Shown here: in pieces, positions 1-12,264 of the stretch
Position numbering within the stretch: position 1 is the stretch's first letter
Layout of the letters: each line of letters begins with the position of its first letter
DNA from: Mobula hypostoma
Lineage: Eukaryota
Direction of reading: 5' to 3'
NCBI RefSeq assembly: GCF_963921235.1
Contig: NC_086097.1
Location: 166,224,001-166,288,000, forward strand
DNA length: 64,000 bases
Notes under the pieces: model-generated
Seen by the model: only the letters and a program-made list of their open reading frames with translations
Databases searched by the model: none
What the model was told of the DNA's origin: nothing
Position numbers and translations under genes: made by a program

Positions 1-338
1 TTATTTCCCATGGTAGGGGAGTCTAGGACAAGAGGGCACGACTTCAGGATTGAAGGACGTCCATTTAGAACAGGGATGCGGAGAAATTACTTTAGTCAGA
101 GGGTGGTAAATCTGTGGAATTTATTGCCATGAGTGGCTGTGGAGGCCAAGTCATTAGGTGCATTTAAAGCAGAGATAGATAGGTTCTTCATTTGGCAGGG
201 CATCAAAGGGGATAGGGAGAAGACAGGGGAGTGGGGATGACTGAAAGAATGGGATCAGCCCATGATTGAATGAAAGAACAGATTCAATGGGCCAAATGGC
301 CTACTTCTGTTCCTATATCTTATGGTCTTATGGTCTTA
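1..338 (+). mobile_element. CR1 LINE 3' end (window-truncated)
   Basis: Encodes the CR1 ORF2 C-terminus (RNYFSQRVVNLWNLLP), followed by a GGGCCAAATGGCCT 3' stem-loop and a (TTATGGTC)n tail. Confidence 0.85.
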
Positions 339-1889
339 AAAACTGTCTTTGAAAAAAAGACTAGTCAGCAAGAATCATATTTAAACGTCATCCTATGCTG
401 GGTCAATCAATGCTGGGTACTTGTTTGAGGTGTTAATATCGTTCAATATCTTTGACAGGGGTGATTTGGTCTGGCATAAAATGGCTCTGAGTTCACTCAG
501 AATTTCTGTTCCAAATTACCTTCTCTTGCCAGCAGAGTGTTTGTAGATGGACAAAATTCTGGGGTTCCTGTTAAAGTGGTTGTGATGTCCCTCAGGATTA
601 AACACATCACTTGCTCTTGGCTCTGACAGTCATACAAAGGCTAGAGATTTACATGAAGAAACAGAGGACATCCGATGGCAATGAATAACATGGGTCAGCT
701 CTTTATGGGTAAACAGAATAATTATGAAACTGTCCCTCTGTCCTGCCTTTTTGCCTCCTGATGCTACTGGCCCTCTCAACCCCATCTCTTAAGCCTCCCC
801 CACCCTCTCCATCTGCCCATCAGCCTCACATTCTTCCCTTCAGCTCCCCTTCCCCTTATTCCATGTTCCACTATTCTCCCCTATCAGACTGAAGAGGACT
901 GCAGTAGTGATAGAAGGTTCCATAGTTAGAGGAATTGAGACAAGATTGTGTGGCTTTCCAGGTGCCAGGTTCAGGGATGTCTTGGATCAGGTCCACGGCA
1001 TTCTGAAGGGGAAGGGGGAGTGGCCAGAAGTCTGCGTAGATATTGGCACCAATGACATAGAAGGAAAGGCGAGGGGGTCCTGGAGAGAGATATCAGGAAG
1101 CTAGGTAGAAAGCAGCAATGCAGGACCACCAGAGTAATCTCTGGATTGCTGCCTGAGCCATGCACCAGTGAGGGTAAGAATAGAAGCATTTGTCAGGTAA
1201 ATGCGTGACTGAGGAACTGTTGCATGGGGCAGGGGTATGATCTGTCACACCTGAACCTGAGGGGGACGGATATCCTTGTGGGCAGGTTTGCTAGAGCTGT
1301 TCAGGAGCGTTTAGTTGATTTGGCAAGGGATGTGAAATGGAATGATAGGGCTGAGTATGAGGCAGCTGGTTTACCTCAGAGGCGATGTGTAGTGAGACTG
1401 CTAGCAAGGATGGGCAAAATTGCAGTCAGTGGGATGAGTTATAATGTAAAATGGGGACAAAATTGCAAAAGGGTGATGAATACAGTACTCACGGTGTTAT
1501 AGTTGAATCAGGTTGATGAACGTGTAGCACAGTTAGTGATTGACAGGTATGGCGCTGAGGGCATTACTGAGGTGTGGCTGAGGGAAGATTATAGCTGGGA
1601 GCTTAACATCCAAGGATTCACATTGTATCAAAAGGACAGGCAGGTTGGCAGAGAGGGTTGGTAAAACATGAAAGGTGTAGAATCCTTGTGAGTAGAGCTA
1701 GAAACTAAAGCGTAAAAAGACCCTGATGGGAGTTAAGGACAGGCCTGTGAACAGTAGCAAAGATGTGGGTTATAAATTACATCAAGAGACAGAAAAGGCA
1801 TGTCAAAGGGGCAATGTTATTAGGGGATTTCGATATGCAGGCAGATTAGGAAAATAAGGTTGATGCTGGATCCCAAGAGGGGGAACTTG

Positions 1890-2190
1890 TAGTAGTAGTA
1901 GTAGTAGTAGTCATAGTCATACTTTATTGATCCCGGGGGAAATTGGTTTTCGTTACAGTTGCACCATAAATAATTAAATAGTAATAAAACCATAAATAGT
2001 TAAATAGTAGTATGTAAATTATGCCAGGAAATAAGTCCAGGACCAGCCTATTGGCTCAGGGTGTCTGATCCTCCAAGGGAGGAGTTGTAAAGTTTGGTGG
2101 CCACAGGCAGAAATGACTTCCTATGACGCTCTGTGCTGCATCTCGGTGGAATGAGTCTCTGGCTGAATGTACTCCTGTACCCAACCAGTG
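1890..2190 (-). mobile_element. Rex1/Babar-type LINE 3' fragment nested in CR1
   Basis: Minus-strand RLIPPRCSTERHRKSFLPVATKLYNSS C-terminus, then AATAAA and a (TAC)n tail. The CR1 frame resumes at CLRDGFLEQL. Confidence 0.7.
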
Positions 2191-2543
2191 CCCAACCAAT
2201 CTGCCTACGAGATGGCTTTTTAGAGCAGCTCGTAGTTGAGCCCACTAGATGATCAGCTATTCTAGATTGGGTGTTGTGTAATAAACCAGGATTGATCAGA
2301 GATCATAAAGCAAAGGAATCCTTAGGAGGCATTGATCATATAAGCAATTTGAGAGGGAGAAGCTAGAGTCAGATGTATCAGTATTACAGTGGAGAAAAGG
2401 GAATTACAGAGGCACGAGAAAGGAGCTGGCCGGAGTTGAATGGAAGGGGACGCTAGAAGGATGATGGCAGAGCAGCAATGGCTGGGATTTCTTGGAGCAT
2501 TTCTGAAAGCGTGGGATAGATACATCCCAAAGAAGAAGAAGTA

Positions 2544-2856
2544 GAGAGAACTAGAAGGCACAGCCTCAAAATTGAGGGATGGCCCTTTAGAATTAAGGTA
2601 AGGAGGAATTTTTTTAGCCATGGAGTAGTAAATCTGTGGAATGCTCTGCCTCAGACTGTGGTGGAGGCCAAGTCGGTGCATATATTTAAGGTGAAAGTTA
2701 ATCGTTTCCTGATCAGTCAGGGCATCAAAGGATATAGCGAGATGGCAGGTGTATTGTGTTGAGTGGGATCCGGGATCAGCCATAATAGAATGACAGAGCA
2801 GACTTGATGGGCTGAATGGCCTAATTCTGCTGCTCTGTCTTATGGTCTTATAGTCT
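2544..2856 (+). mobile_element. 5'-truncated CR1 3' fragment nested in CR1
   Basis: CR1 3' UTR and tail, flanked by TSD AAGTA (2539-2543 and 2857-2861). Removing it restores KKKKYSKGR. Confidence 0.85.
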
Positions 2857-5064
2857 AAGTATTCTAAAGGCAGGATGGTGCAACTATGGCTGACAAGGGA
2901 AGTCAAAGCCAACATAAAAGAGAGGGCATATAATAAAGCAAAAATTAGTGGGCAGTTAGAGGATTGAGAAGCTTTTAAAAATCAACAGAAGGCAAATAAG
3001 AAAGACATATAGAGGGAAAAGAGGAAATATGAAGGTAAGCTAGCCAAAAACAATAAAAAGGATACCCAAGGATTTTTCAGATACATGAAGAGTAAAAGAG
3101 AGGTGAGAGTAGATATTGGACCATTGGAAAACAATGCTGGAGATGTAGTAATGGAGGACAAGGAAATGCAGATGAATTGAATAAGTATTTTTCATCAGTC
3201 TGTACTGTGGAAGACACTAGCAGTATGCTGGAAGTTCGTGAGTGTCAGGTGGCAGAAGTGAGTGAAGTTGCCATTACTAGGGAAAAGATCTTTGGGAAAC
3301 TGAAAGGTTTCTTCAAGAAGGGAGAGAGGCAGAAGAAAGGAAGTTATAGGACAGTTAGTCTGACTTAAGTGGTTGGGAAGATGTTGGATTTGATTGTTAA
3401 GGATGTGGTTTCAAGGTACTTGAAGGCACATGATAAAATAGGCCAAAGTCAGCATGTTTTTTTTTAAACGGAAAATCTTGCCTGACAAGTCGGTAGGAAT
3501 TCTATGAAGAAATAACAAGCAGGATAGACAAAGGGGAATCAGTGGATGTTATGTACTTGGACTTTCAGGCGTTTGACAAGCTGCCAGACACGAAACTGCT
3601 TAGCAAGTTAAGAGCCCATGGTATTACAGGAAAGATACTGGCATGGATAGAGTGTTGGTTGATTTGCAGGAGGCAAAAGGGGTGGGAATAAATGGAGCCT
3701 TTTCTGGTTGGCTGCCAGTGATTAGTAGGTCTGTGTTAGGACCGCTTCTTTTTATGTTATACATCAATGATTTAAAAGGTGGAATCAGTGGCTTTTTGGC
3801 CAAGGTTGAGGACAATACAAAGATAGGTGGAGTGTCAGGTAGCATTGAGGCTGCAGAAGGATATAGTCTGATTAGCAGAATGGGCAAAGAAGTGGCAGTT
3901 GGAATATCATGTCGGGAAGTGTATGGTCATGCTCTTTGGTATAAGAAATAAAAGTGCAGACTACTTTCTAAATGAAGAGAAAATTCAAAAATCTGAGGTG
4001 CAAAGGGACTTGAGAGTCCTTGTGCAGGATTCCCTAAAGGTTAATTAGCAGGTTAAGTCTGTGGTGAGGAAGGTAAATACAATGTAGCATTCATTTTGAG
4101 AGGACCAGAATATAAAAGCAAGGATGTCATAAGGCACTGACGAGGCCTCACTTGCAGTATTGTGAGCAGTTTTGGGCCCCTTATCTTAGAAGGAATGTGC
4201 TGACATTGAGGAGGGTTCAGCGGAGGGTGATGGGAATGAAAGGATTACCTATGAGGGATGTTTGATGGCTCTGGGCCTGTAATCACTGAAATTCAGAAGA
4301 ATGATGGGGTATCTCATTGAAACCTATCGAATTTCGGAAGGCCTCAGCGGAGTGGAAGTGAAGAGGATGTTTCCTATGGTGGGGGAGTCTCGAATCAGAG
4401 GGTCCAGCCTCAGAATAGAGGGATGTCCATTTAGAATGGAGATGAGGAGGAATTTCTTTAGCCATGGAGTGGTGAATCTGTGGAATTCATTGCCACAAGA
4501 GGCAGGTCATTGGGTGTATTTAAGGCAGAGGTTGATAGCTTCTTGATTGGTCAGGGCATCAAGGGTTCGGTGGAGAAGTCAGGAGATTAGAGCTGAGAGA
4601 GAAATGAATCAACCATGATGAAATGGTGGAGCAGACTCGATGGGCCAAATGGCCTAATTCTTCTCTGTTATCTTATCGTTTTATGGTCTTGATCCATCTT
4701 CTTCTGCACTTATCAGTTCTTACAACCTCACAGCTCCTCTCTTATCTGCCTATCACCCCCCCCCCACCGCACCCCGATCAGGATCTACCTATCACCTACC
4801 AACTCTTGCTCCACCTCTTCCAACTCCTTTGTATACTGGCTATCTCCCCTCTTTTTTTCCAGTCCATCTGGATCTGGAGCTGAAATGCCGACGGTTCATT
4901 TCCCTCCACAGATGCTGCCTGTCACCCCTTTGTGTCTCTGCATCCAGAGCATAGTCCCCCACACATCTCTCATCCATGTACCTATCTAATATTCTATTAA
5001 ATTATACAATTGAACTCACATCTACCATCTTTGCTGTGAGCTCTGAGTGAAGAGGCTGCTCCTC

Positions 5065-5465
5065 AGATTGCCTGGTTGCATTGCCGGTTAGTATGGGGGT
5101 TCCACTTTGCTGGATTGCCAGAGGCTGCAGACAGTTGTATACTCAACCAGCTCCAACACGGGTACAACCCTCTCCACCTCCAAAGGATATCTTCAAGAGG
5201 TAGTGCCTCAAAAAGGCAGTGTCCATCATTAAGGATCCTCAGCAACCGGTGTGGCCCTCTTTGTGTTACTACCATCAGGGCAGAGGTGGAGGAGCCTGAA
5301 GGCCCACAGTCATTGTTTAGGAACAGCTTCTCTCCCTCTGTCATCAGATTTCTGAAACCATGAACACCATCTCACTCCTCTTTTGCACCATTTACTTTAA
5401 TGTCTTGTCCGGTACTGGTTCTGCAAAACAACAGATTTCATGACATATGCCAGTGAACCTGACTC
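5065..5465 (+). mobile_element. Degenerate Rex1/Babar-type LINE 3' fragment
   Basis: FRNSFSPSVIRFL-like terminus shared with other Rex1-type fragments in the window. Confidence 0.6.
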
Positions 5466-5830
5466 TGAGGGACCTGTGGGGCAACTTCTTCATGCAGAAA
5501 GTTGTTTGAATATGGAATGAGCTGCCAGAGAAAATGGCTGAATCAGGCACAATAACAACATTCGAAAGTGTTTTGGGTAAGTACATGGATAGAAGGTGTT
5601 TAGAGGGGTTTGCGCCAAACACAGGCAACTGGACTAGCTTGGTGAACAGCATGGCTGTCATGGATGAAATGGGCCAAAGGGCCAGTTTCCATGCTGTAAT
5701 ACTCAATGACTCTGTGATGTTACTGAGGGAAAAGGAGCTGAAGTAAAAGATCAGCTGTGGTTTTATTGAATGCTTAATCAGACTGAAGGGCTGAATGGCC
5801 AACATCTGCTTCTACTTATGTTTCTTTTAT
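5466..5830 (+). mobile_element. Degenerate CR1 3' fragments
   Basis: WNELPEKMAESGTITTFESVLGKYMDR and GGGCTGAATGGCC stem-loop remnants. Confidence 0.65.
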
Positions 5831-6734
5831 GATTTTGAAATATTACAAAATGAGTCATTTTAAGCTTAAAGGGCATATTTCCCAATAATTGTTATAATTC
5901 TGAGAGAGACAGAAACACGTGCTGGAATCCGGATTAATTGTATTAATTCATTCAGCCAGATTTATTAAATTGCAATAATGAATAAACAATTTATTAATTG
6001 ATTACTTCCATCTCATTGCACTCCCTCATTAATGTTTCTGGCTGCACAAGGTTACTTTCTTTCAGTTACACAGGGAAAGGGCTATAGACTTTCCCTTTGA
6101 TGGCCAGTGCAAATACTTGTAAGCACTTTTAGAAATGTGAGTCGGCGCCTCCGGCTATGGTGCCCTGCTACAGTATAAGAAAACGATGGTGGCTCTTTCA
6201 GCATTGTTTGATTGTGGAATAAAGCAGCTCAGAAGGAGACCATTTGACTCCATGTGTTGTGTTGTCTCTTTGAGCCCTCCAATTAGTCTCACTCCTCTGC
6301 TCTTTGCCCATGGCCCTAAAAAATGCCTCCCTTTCAAGTACAAACTTTTCAAAGTTATCACTAAATCCGTATCCAGTGGGCAATGTGTAATCATCATAAC
6401 AAAAAGAGTATTATTACTACAGTATCTTTAAAATGAAAAATCAAATATTATGTTTGGTGTACTTGATTCAACTAAAATAACGTTCATAGCTCCCCATCTT
6501 CCAGCATCATTTTTACATACCAAAGCCAGTATAATCCTCTGCAATTTACGACGCTACAAAGCAATGATCCCTTTTCTCCATCCCTTCCCCTGGATCCTTC
6601 CAAACACTCCAATCTACATGAATGAAGGCCTTGATTAATTCATAATCCTATAACTTACTCTTGACACTGCATAGTTGCACGTTGATAGCTCTTTAATTCA
6701 CCATCTTTTGGTCAATGCACCATAGGAAGCATCC

Positions 6735-7185
6735 TATCCAGATGCATCACACCTAGGTATGGTAAATGCTCTACACAGGACTGGAGGACACTGTAGAGAA
6801 TTGTACACAGATCTTGGTACATCATGAAAACCACCCTCCTCTACATGGACTCTATCTACTCCTTTCACTGGCTCAGTAGAGCAGACAACATAACCAAAGA
6901 CCCCTTGCATTCCAGACATTCTTTCTTTTTCACCTCTCCCCTCACGCAGAAGATATGGAACTATGAAAGCAAATAGCACCAGGCTCAAAGACGGCCTCTA
7001 TTCTGCTCTTATAAGACTATTGAATGGAATTCTTGTACAGTAAAATGGATTCTAACCTCATTATCTATCTCGTGATGGCATTGAACTATATTGTGTGGCT
7101 GTACTGGACTTTCTCTGTAACTGTATCACTTTATAGTGCATTCTTTTATTTACCCTTGTTTTACCTTGATGTGAAATGATCTGGA
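6735..7185 (+). mobile_element. Degenerate Rex1/Babar-type LINE 3' fragment
   Basis: Decayed ESILSRCITPRYG, LPSRRRYG and RLKDGLYSALIRLLN motifs. Confidence 0.55.
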
Positions 7186-7186
7186 T

Positions 7187-9450
7187 AGAAACATAGAAAA
7201 CCTACAGCACAATACAGACCCTTCGGCCCACAAAGCTGTGCTGAACATGTCCTTACCTTAGAAATTACCTAGGGTTACCCATAGCCCTCTAGTTTTCTAA
7301 GCTTCATGTACCTCTCCAGGAGTCTCTTAAAAGGCGCTATCGTATCCGCCTCCACCACCATTGCTGGCAGCCCATTCCACGCACTCACCATTCTCTGTGT
7401 TTTAAAAAGAAAACAAACAAACACTTATCCTTGACATCTTTGTACTGTACCTACATCCAAGCACCTCAAAATTGTGCCCTCTCATGTTAGCCATTTCAGC
7501 CCTGGGAAAAAGCCTTTGACTATCCACAGGATCAGTGCCTCTCATCATCTTATACACCTCTATGGTTTCCACATCCTTATGGTGAGTCGACCAGAACTGA
7601 GCACAGTACTCCAAGTGGGGTCTGACCAGGGTCCTATATAGCTGCAACATTACCTCTTGGCTCCTAAACTCAATCCCACGATTGATGAAGGCCAATGCAC
7701 CATATGCTCTCTTAACCACAGAGTCAACCTGCGCAGCAGCTTTGAGTGTCCTATGGCCTCGGAACCCAAGATCCCTCTGATCCTCCACACTGCCAAGAGT
7801 CTTACCATTAATACTATATTCTGTCATCGTATTTGACCGACCAAAATGAACCACCTCACACTTACCTGGGTTGAACTCCATCTGGCAAAACACAGTCCAG
7901 TTTTGCATCCTATCAATGTCCTGCTGTAACCTCTGCCAGTCCTCCACATTATCCATAACACCTCCATCCATTGTGTTATCAGCTAATTTACTAACCCATC
8001 CTTCCACTTCTTCATTCAGGTCATTTATAAAAATCACGAAGAGTAGGGATCCCAGAACAGATCCCTGAGGCACACCACTGGTGACAAACCTCCACGCAGA
8101 ATATGACCCGTCTATAACCTCTCTTTGCCTTCTGTGGGCAAGCCAGTTCTGGATCCCATGCCTCCTTCCTTTCTCAATAAGCCTTGCATGGGGTACCTTG
8201 TCAAATGCCTTGCTGAAATCCATATACACTACATCTACTGCTCTACCTTCATCAATGTGTTTAGTCACATCCTCAAAAAATTCAATCAGGCTCCTAAGGC
8301 ACGACCTGCACTTGACAGAGCAATGCTGACTATTCCTAATCATATTGTACCCCTCCAAATGTTCATAAATCCTGCCTCTCAGGATCTTCTCCATCAACTT
8401 ACCAACCACTGAAGTAAGACTCACAGGCCAGTAATTTCCTGGGCTATCTCTACTCCCTTTCTTGAATAATGGAAGAACATCCGCAACCCTCCAATCCTCC
8501 AGAACCTCTCCTGGCCCCATTGATAATGCAAAGATCATTGTCAGAGGCTCAGCAATCTGGGGTACATCTCGTCTGGTCCTGGTGACTTAACCAACTTCAT
8601 GCTTTCCAAAAGCTCCAGCACATCCTCTTCCTTAATATCTACATGCTCAAGCCTTTCAGTCCTCTGCAAGTCATCCCTATAATAGCCAAGATCCTTTTCT
8701 GCAGTGAATACTGAAGCAATGTGTTCATTAAGCACCTCTGCTATCTCCTCCGGTTCCATACACACTTTTCCACTGTCACACTTGATTGGTCCTATTCTCT
8801 CATGTCTTATCCTCTTGCTCTTCACATGCTTGTAGAAAGCCTTGGGGTTTTCCTGAATCCTGAATGCTAAGGCCTTCTCATGGCCCCTTCTGGCTTTCCT
8901 AATTGTATCATTTCTTAATGCATGCATTACTAAATGACAATAAAAGAGGACTGCGTGTCCTCATAATCTAATCTAATCTAATTTCATTCTTAAACTCCTT
9001 CCTGCTAGCCTATAATCTTCTAGATCTCTATCATTACCTAGTTTTTGAACCTTTTGTAAGCTTTTCTTTTTTTCTTGACTAGATTTACAACAGCCTTTGC
9101 ACACCTTGGTTCCTGTACCCTACCATCGTTTCCCTGTCTTATTGGAACGTACTTATACAGAACTCCATGCAAATATCCCCTGAACATTTGCCACATTTCT
9201 TCCATACATTTCCCTGAGAACATCTGTTCCCAATTTATGCTTCCAATTTCTTGCCTGATAGCCTCATATTTCCCCTTACTCCAATTAAACGCTTTCCTAA
9301 CTTGACTCTTCCTATCCCTCTCCAAAGCGATGGTAAAGGAGAAAGAATTGTGATCACTATCTCCAAAATTCTGTCCCACTGAGAGATCTGATACCTGACC
9401 AGGTTGATTTCCAAATACCAGATCAAATACAGCCTCTCCTCTTGTAGATG
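7187..9450 (-). mobile_element. CR1 LINE ORF2 (RT) pseudogenised copy
   Basis: ORFs 7402-8538, 8541-8927 and 9038-9514 show RT motifs PGNYWPVSLTS, YMDFSKAFDKVPH, GVPQGSVLG and LVRPHLEYC; the 3' tail lies at about 7187. Confidence 0.92.
8905..8977 (+). mobile_element. 73-bp retroposon 3' tail inserted in CR1
   Basis: TSD CTAATT (8899-8904 and 8978-8983); AATAAA, a GAGGAC-TGCGT-GTCCTC hairpin and a (TAATC)n tail. Confidence 0.7.
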
Positions 9451-12264
9451 GCATGTAAAACAAAATTTTGCTCTGTACCTCAGTACACGTGGCAGTAATG
9501 GGCCGATTTACCAATTTGCAAATTTTCCTATTTCTTGTCCTAAATGGTAAAGATGCAGTTTTCCCTCAAACCCATGCTCATGTTTTCTATATAATCAGAA
9601 TCTAAAAACCAAATTTTACTTATTATGATCACTAAATATGTCTTTGGCCAAAGAATCAGAATGGTGCTTCCATCCGTACTTCTGTTGGCTGTTTTGCACA
9701 TTTTAACAGAGTTCACAATGCCTTCCTCTCCAAAGACATTCTTTCATGGCTCAGGTAAATAGCATTGCAATTACTTAATTCCATTTTCCCTGGTCCAAAG
9801 TTATCCATAGAATCTCGTGTGATGGACACCATCCCATCTTCACCCCAGGCATTGCTGCAGTATCTGTCCTTGTTCCCCTCTTATTCCTTACTTATGTGAT
9901 ATCTTTTGTCAACCTTACACCAGTCTCCTGCTGGATGCTGATGAATCCCAGCTCTACCTCTTAACTACTTCTCTCTGACTCCATTACTTTTGTGTTGTCA
10001 TCTTGTTAGTTCACTGTTTAATTCTGGATGAGCTATACTGTCTCCTAATTGAATAATGGGGAGGTCATCACAATTGTCTATCATTTCTATTTTCTCAAGA
10101 CCAGCTCCAATGTCTTCTTGTCCAGATTGATGATGCAACACTATTCTTCACTGTACTGCCCTGTTTGACCCAAGCTGATTTACTAATTATCTATCATAGT
10201 TTGCTGGATATCACTTCATAACCATGCATCCCTTTTCTGAGTTCAGCCCAACCAATGCTCTCCTGATCAGCTGATGCCCCACCAATGCTCTCCTGATCCT
10301 TTGTAAACAAACTCTACTGCCTTGGGACCAGACAGTGCTGATCTTTTCTTCCCCCTTCACTACCGTGGCTCCCAAAGTGATCACTCAAGAGTTTGGCTTT
10401 AAGTTTCTAATTCTTGTGTTCTCACTTCCCACTGCTCTATGACTTCTTCTACCTCTGTGAGCAGATATACAGGGAAAAAGAGGAACACAGAGCCAGGAGT
10501 GACAGAAAAATTGATTAACAGCAGTTATGAGTAAAGATGCCATTGTTTCCACCTAACTATGTGTAATGTCATAAGACTTTCACCAGAAATATGGTATATA
10601 TTTATCTCTGACTAAATTCCTGTGTCAATTCAATTATAAATCACAACACTCACTTTTATAATTGGGACTCTGTTTATAAATTGTTCAAGCTGTGAATTCC
10701 ATCAATGATAATAAAAAGTGGAAATTTTTTTATTGGCAAGAGTTTCCACTGATTAAATTACTTCATCTCTTTCCTTTTCATCTATCAGTCGATATGTGAA
10801 GCAGGATTGTTTGTTTTCATACAGACAAAACAGTGTATTTGTCAAGATCTGCTGAGAGGGCACTTCCCAAAATCCAGTCCATCTTTTCCTTCAGTTGCTG
10901 CATAATTCAAACATATTTAATTCTCCCATGTAACAGATGTGTTCCTTTCAAAATGAAGCAATCTTTGAAGTTCAAAAGGAATTGCAATTATGGTTAGAGT
11001 TCTGCTCACAAGCCAGTTTTCTGCCTCTGGGTATAAGACAATGTGAAAGATAAGGATGAAATTTGCATCAGTGAAGAAGACTGGTAAATCATTTTGCGTA
11101 TGCATGTCACTCAGGTCACAGAGCTCTTTATTGCTTAGTCCTTGTTGAACTGATCCTTCCTTGTGATGAATGAAGGTCTTTAATAAGAGCTGAAGATAGT
11201 GGAAATGCAATGATCTGAGATACTGAATTTGTTTCTCTCTTCACAGACTCTGCCTGACCTGTTTTCCAGAATTTTCTCTTTTTTTTATTTTCGACTCTCA
11301 GTAGCTTTTCAAGTGTTAATTCAAAATAAGCATCACAAAGTAGAAAACTGCAGATGCTACAAATCTTAAATATACATGAAAAAACAGGAATGTTAGAAAT
11401 ATTCTCACCGGAGAAAGAAGAAAGTGTTAAATGTTTCAGACTGATTAGTTTCCATCAACATTTCCAGGATTTTCCATTCCAATTAAAAAATATCATGCAA
11501 GTGACAAAATGATTAGATCTCATGTAAATTTCTTAACTAGTTAGCAATGGCCAACAAATTCCATTTAAAACATACTGAGCGGAATATTTGATACATTTTG
11601 ATTCGATAAGATGATGAACAGGATGATAAAACTGAATAGAATTAGATGAAACTTGAGGACATAAGAGACTACAGATGTTGGAAATCTGGAGGAACATGCA
11701 GAGGAGCTGGCGGGATTCAACAGGTCAGGCAGCGTTTATGGGGTGAAATGAACTGTTGGTGTTTTGAGTTGAGACCCTTCAGCAGGGCCACAAAGGAAAA
11801 AGTAATTGATCATGGAAGATAAACTTGGAAGATGGAAACTGAATACTCAGTTAATCCCAAAGGTACTGGAAATTTTATTTGTTACTTTCCTAAACAGTAG
11901 ACCATATTCATATGATCCCATTCTATCAGGAATAGGATTCTCCTAGTGTAATGCATCTTACACTCAGCACCCCTTGAGTTTATATGGGTTGTGAAAGTCT
12001 GGGATGTACTTACCTGAGAGTGTTTCCTTGATTTATTATGCATTTTATAAGGGATTGCTTGTAGCCTTTCAAAAGGTTTTGGATCCCACATCATTTCACA
12101 CATTCTACATGTATCTCACGTTATTATGCAATATTGGGAATTGGCTAGGAGTAAAGAAAGTGCATTCTGTTGTGGCACTTAAACATTTAAAGAGGAAGAT
12201 TTGATTCATTGTTTGCACATTTACTTGATTTTCAGCCTGTGAGAAATTCTGTATATGAGCCAAT

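Larger units (their letters stand above)
890..4690 (+). mobile_element. Degenerate near-full-length CR1 LINE (ORF1 esterase-like remnant plus ORF2), carrying two nested insertions
   Basis: ORF1 SGNH-like motifs IEGSIVRG, FPGA, IGTNDI and HLN; ORF2 fragments YRTVSLT, LGPLLFMLYINDL and RNFFSHGVVNLWNSLP; CR1 3' stem-loop and tail near 4640-4690. Confidence 0.85.

Noticed and set aside
6186..6431. 81-aa ORF as a possible host exon
   Set aside because: The nucleotide sequence resembles a decayed minus-strand CR1 3' end, and there is no recognisable protein motif.
10251..10298. 18-bp direct repeat ACCAATGCTCTCCTGATC
   Set aside because: A simple local duplication with only 12 bp between copies; nothing suggests function.
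11740..11790. Additional hammerhead-like remnant in an old PLE-derived fragment
   Set aside because: The GAAA / UH half of the core is mutated, so it is not a credible ribozyme.
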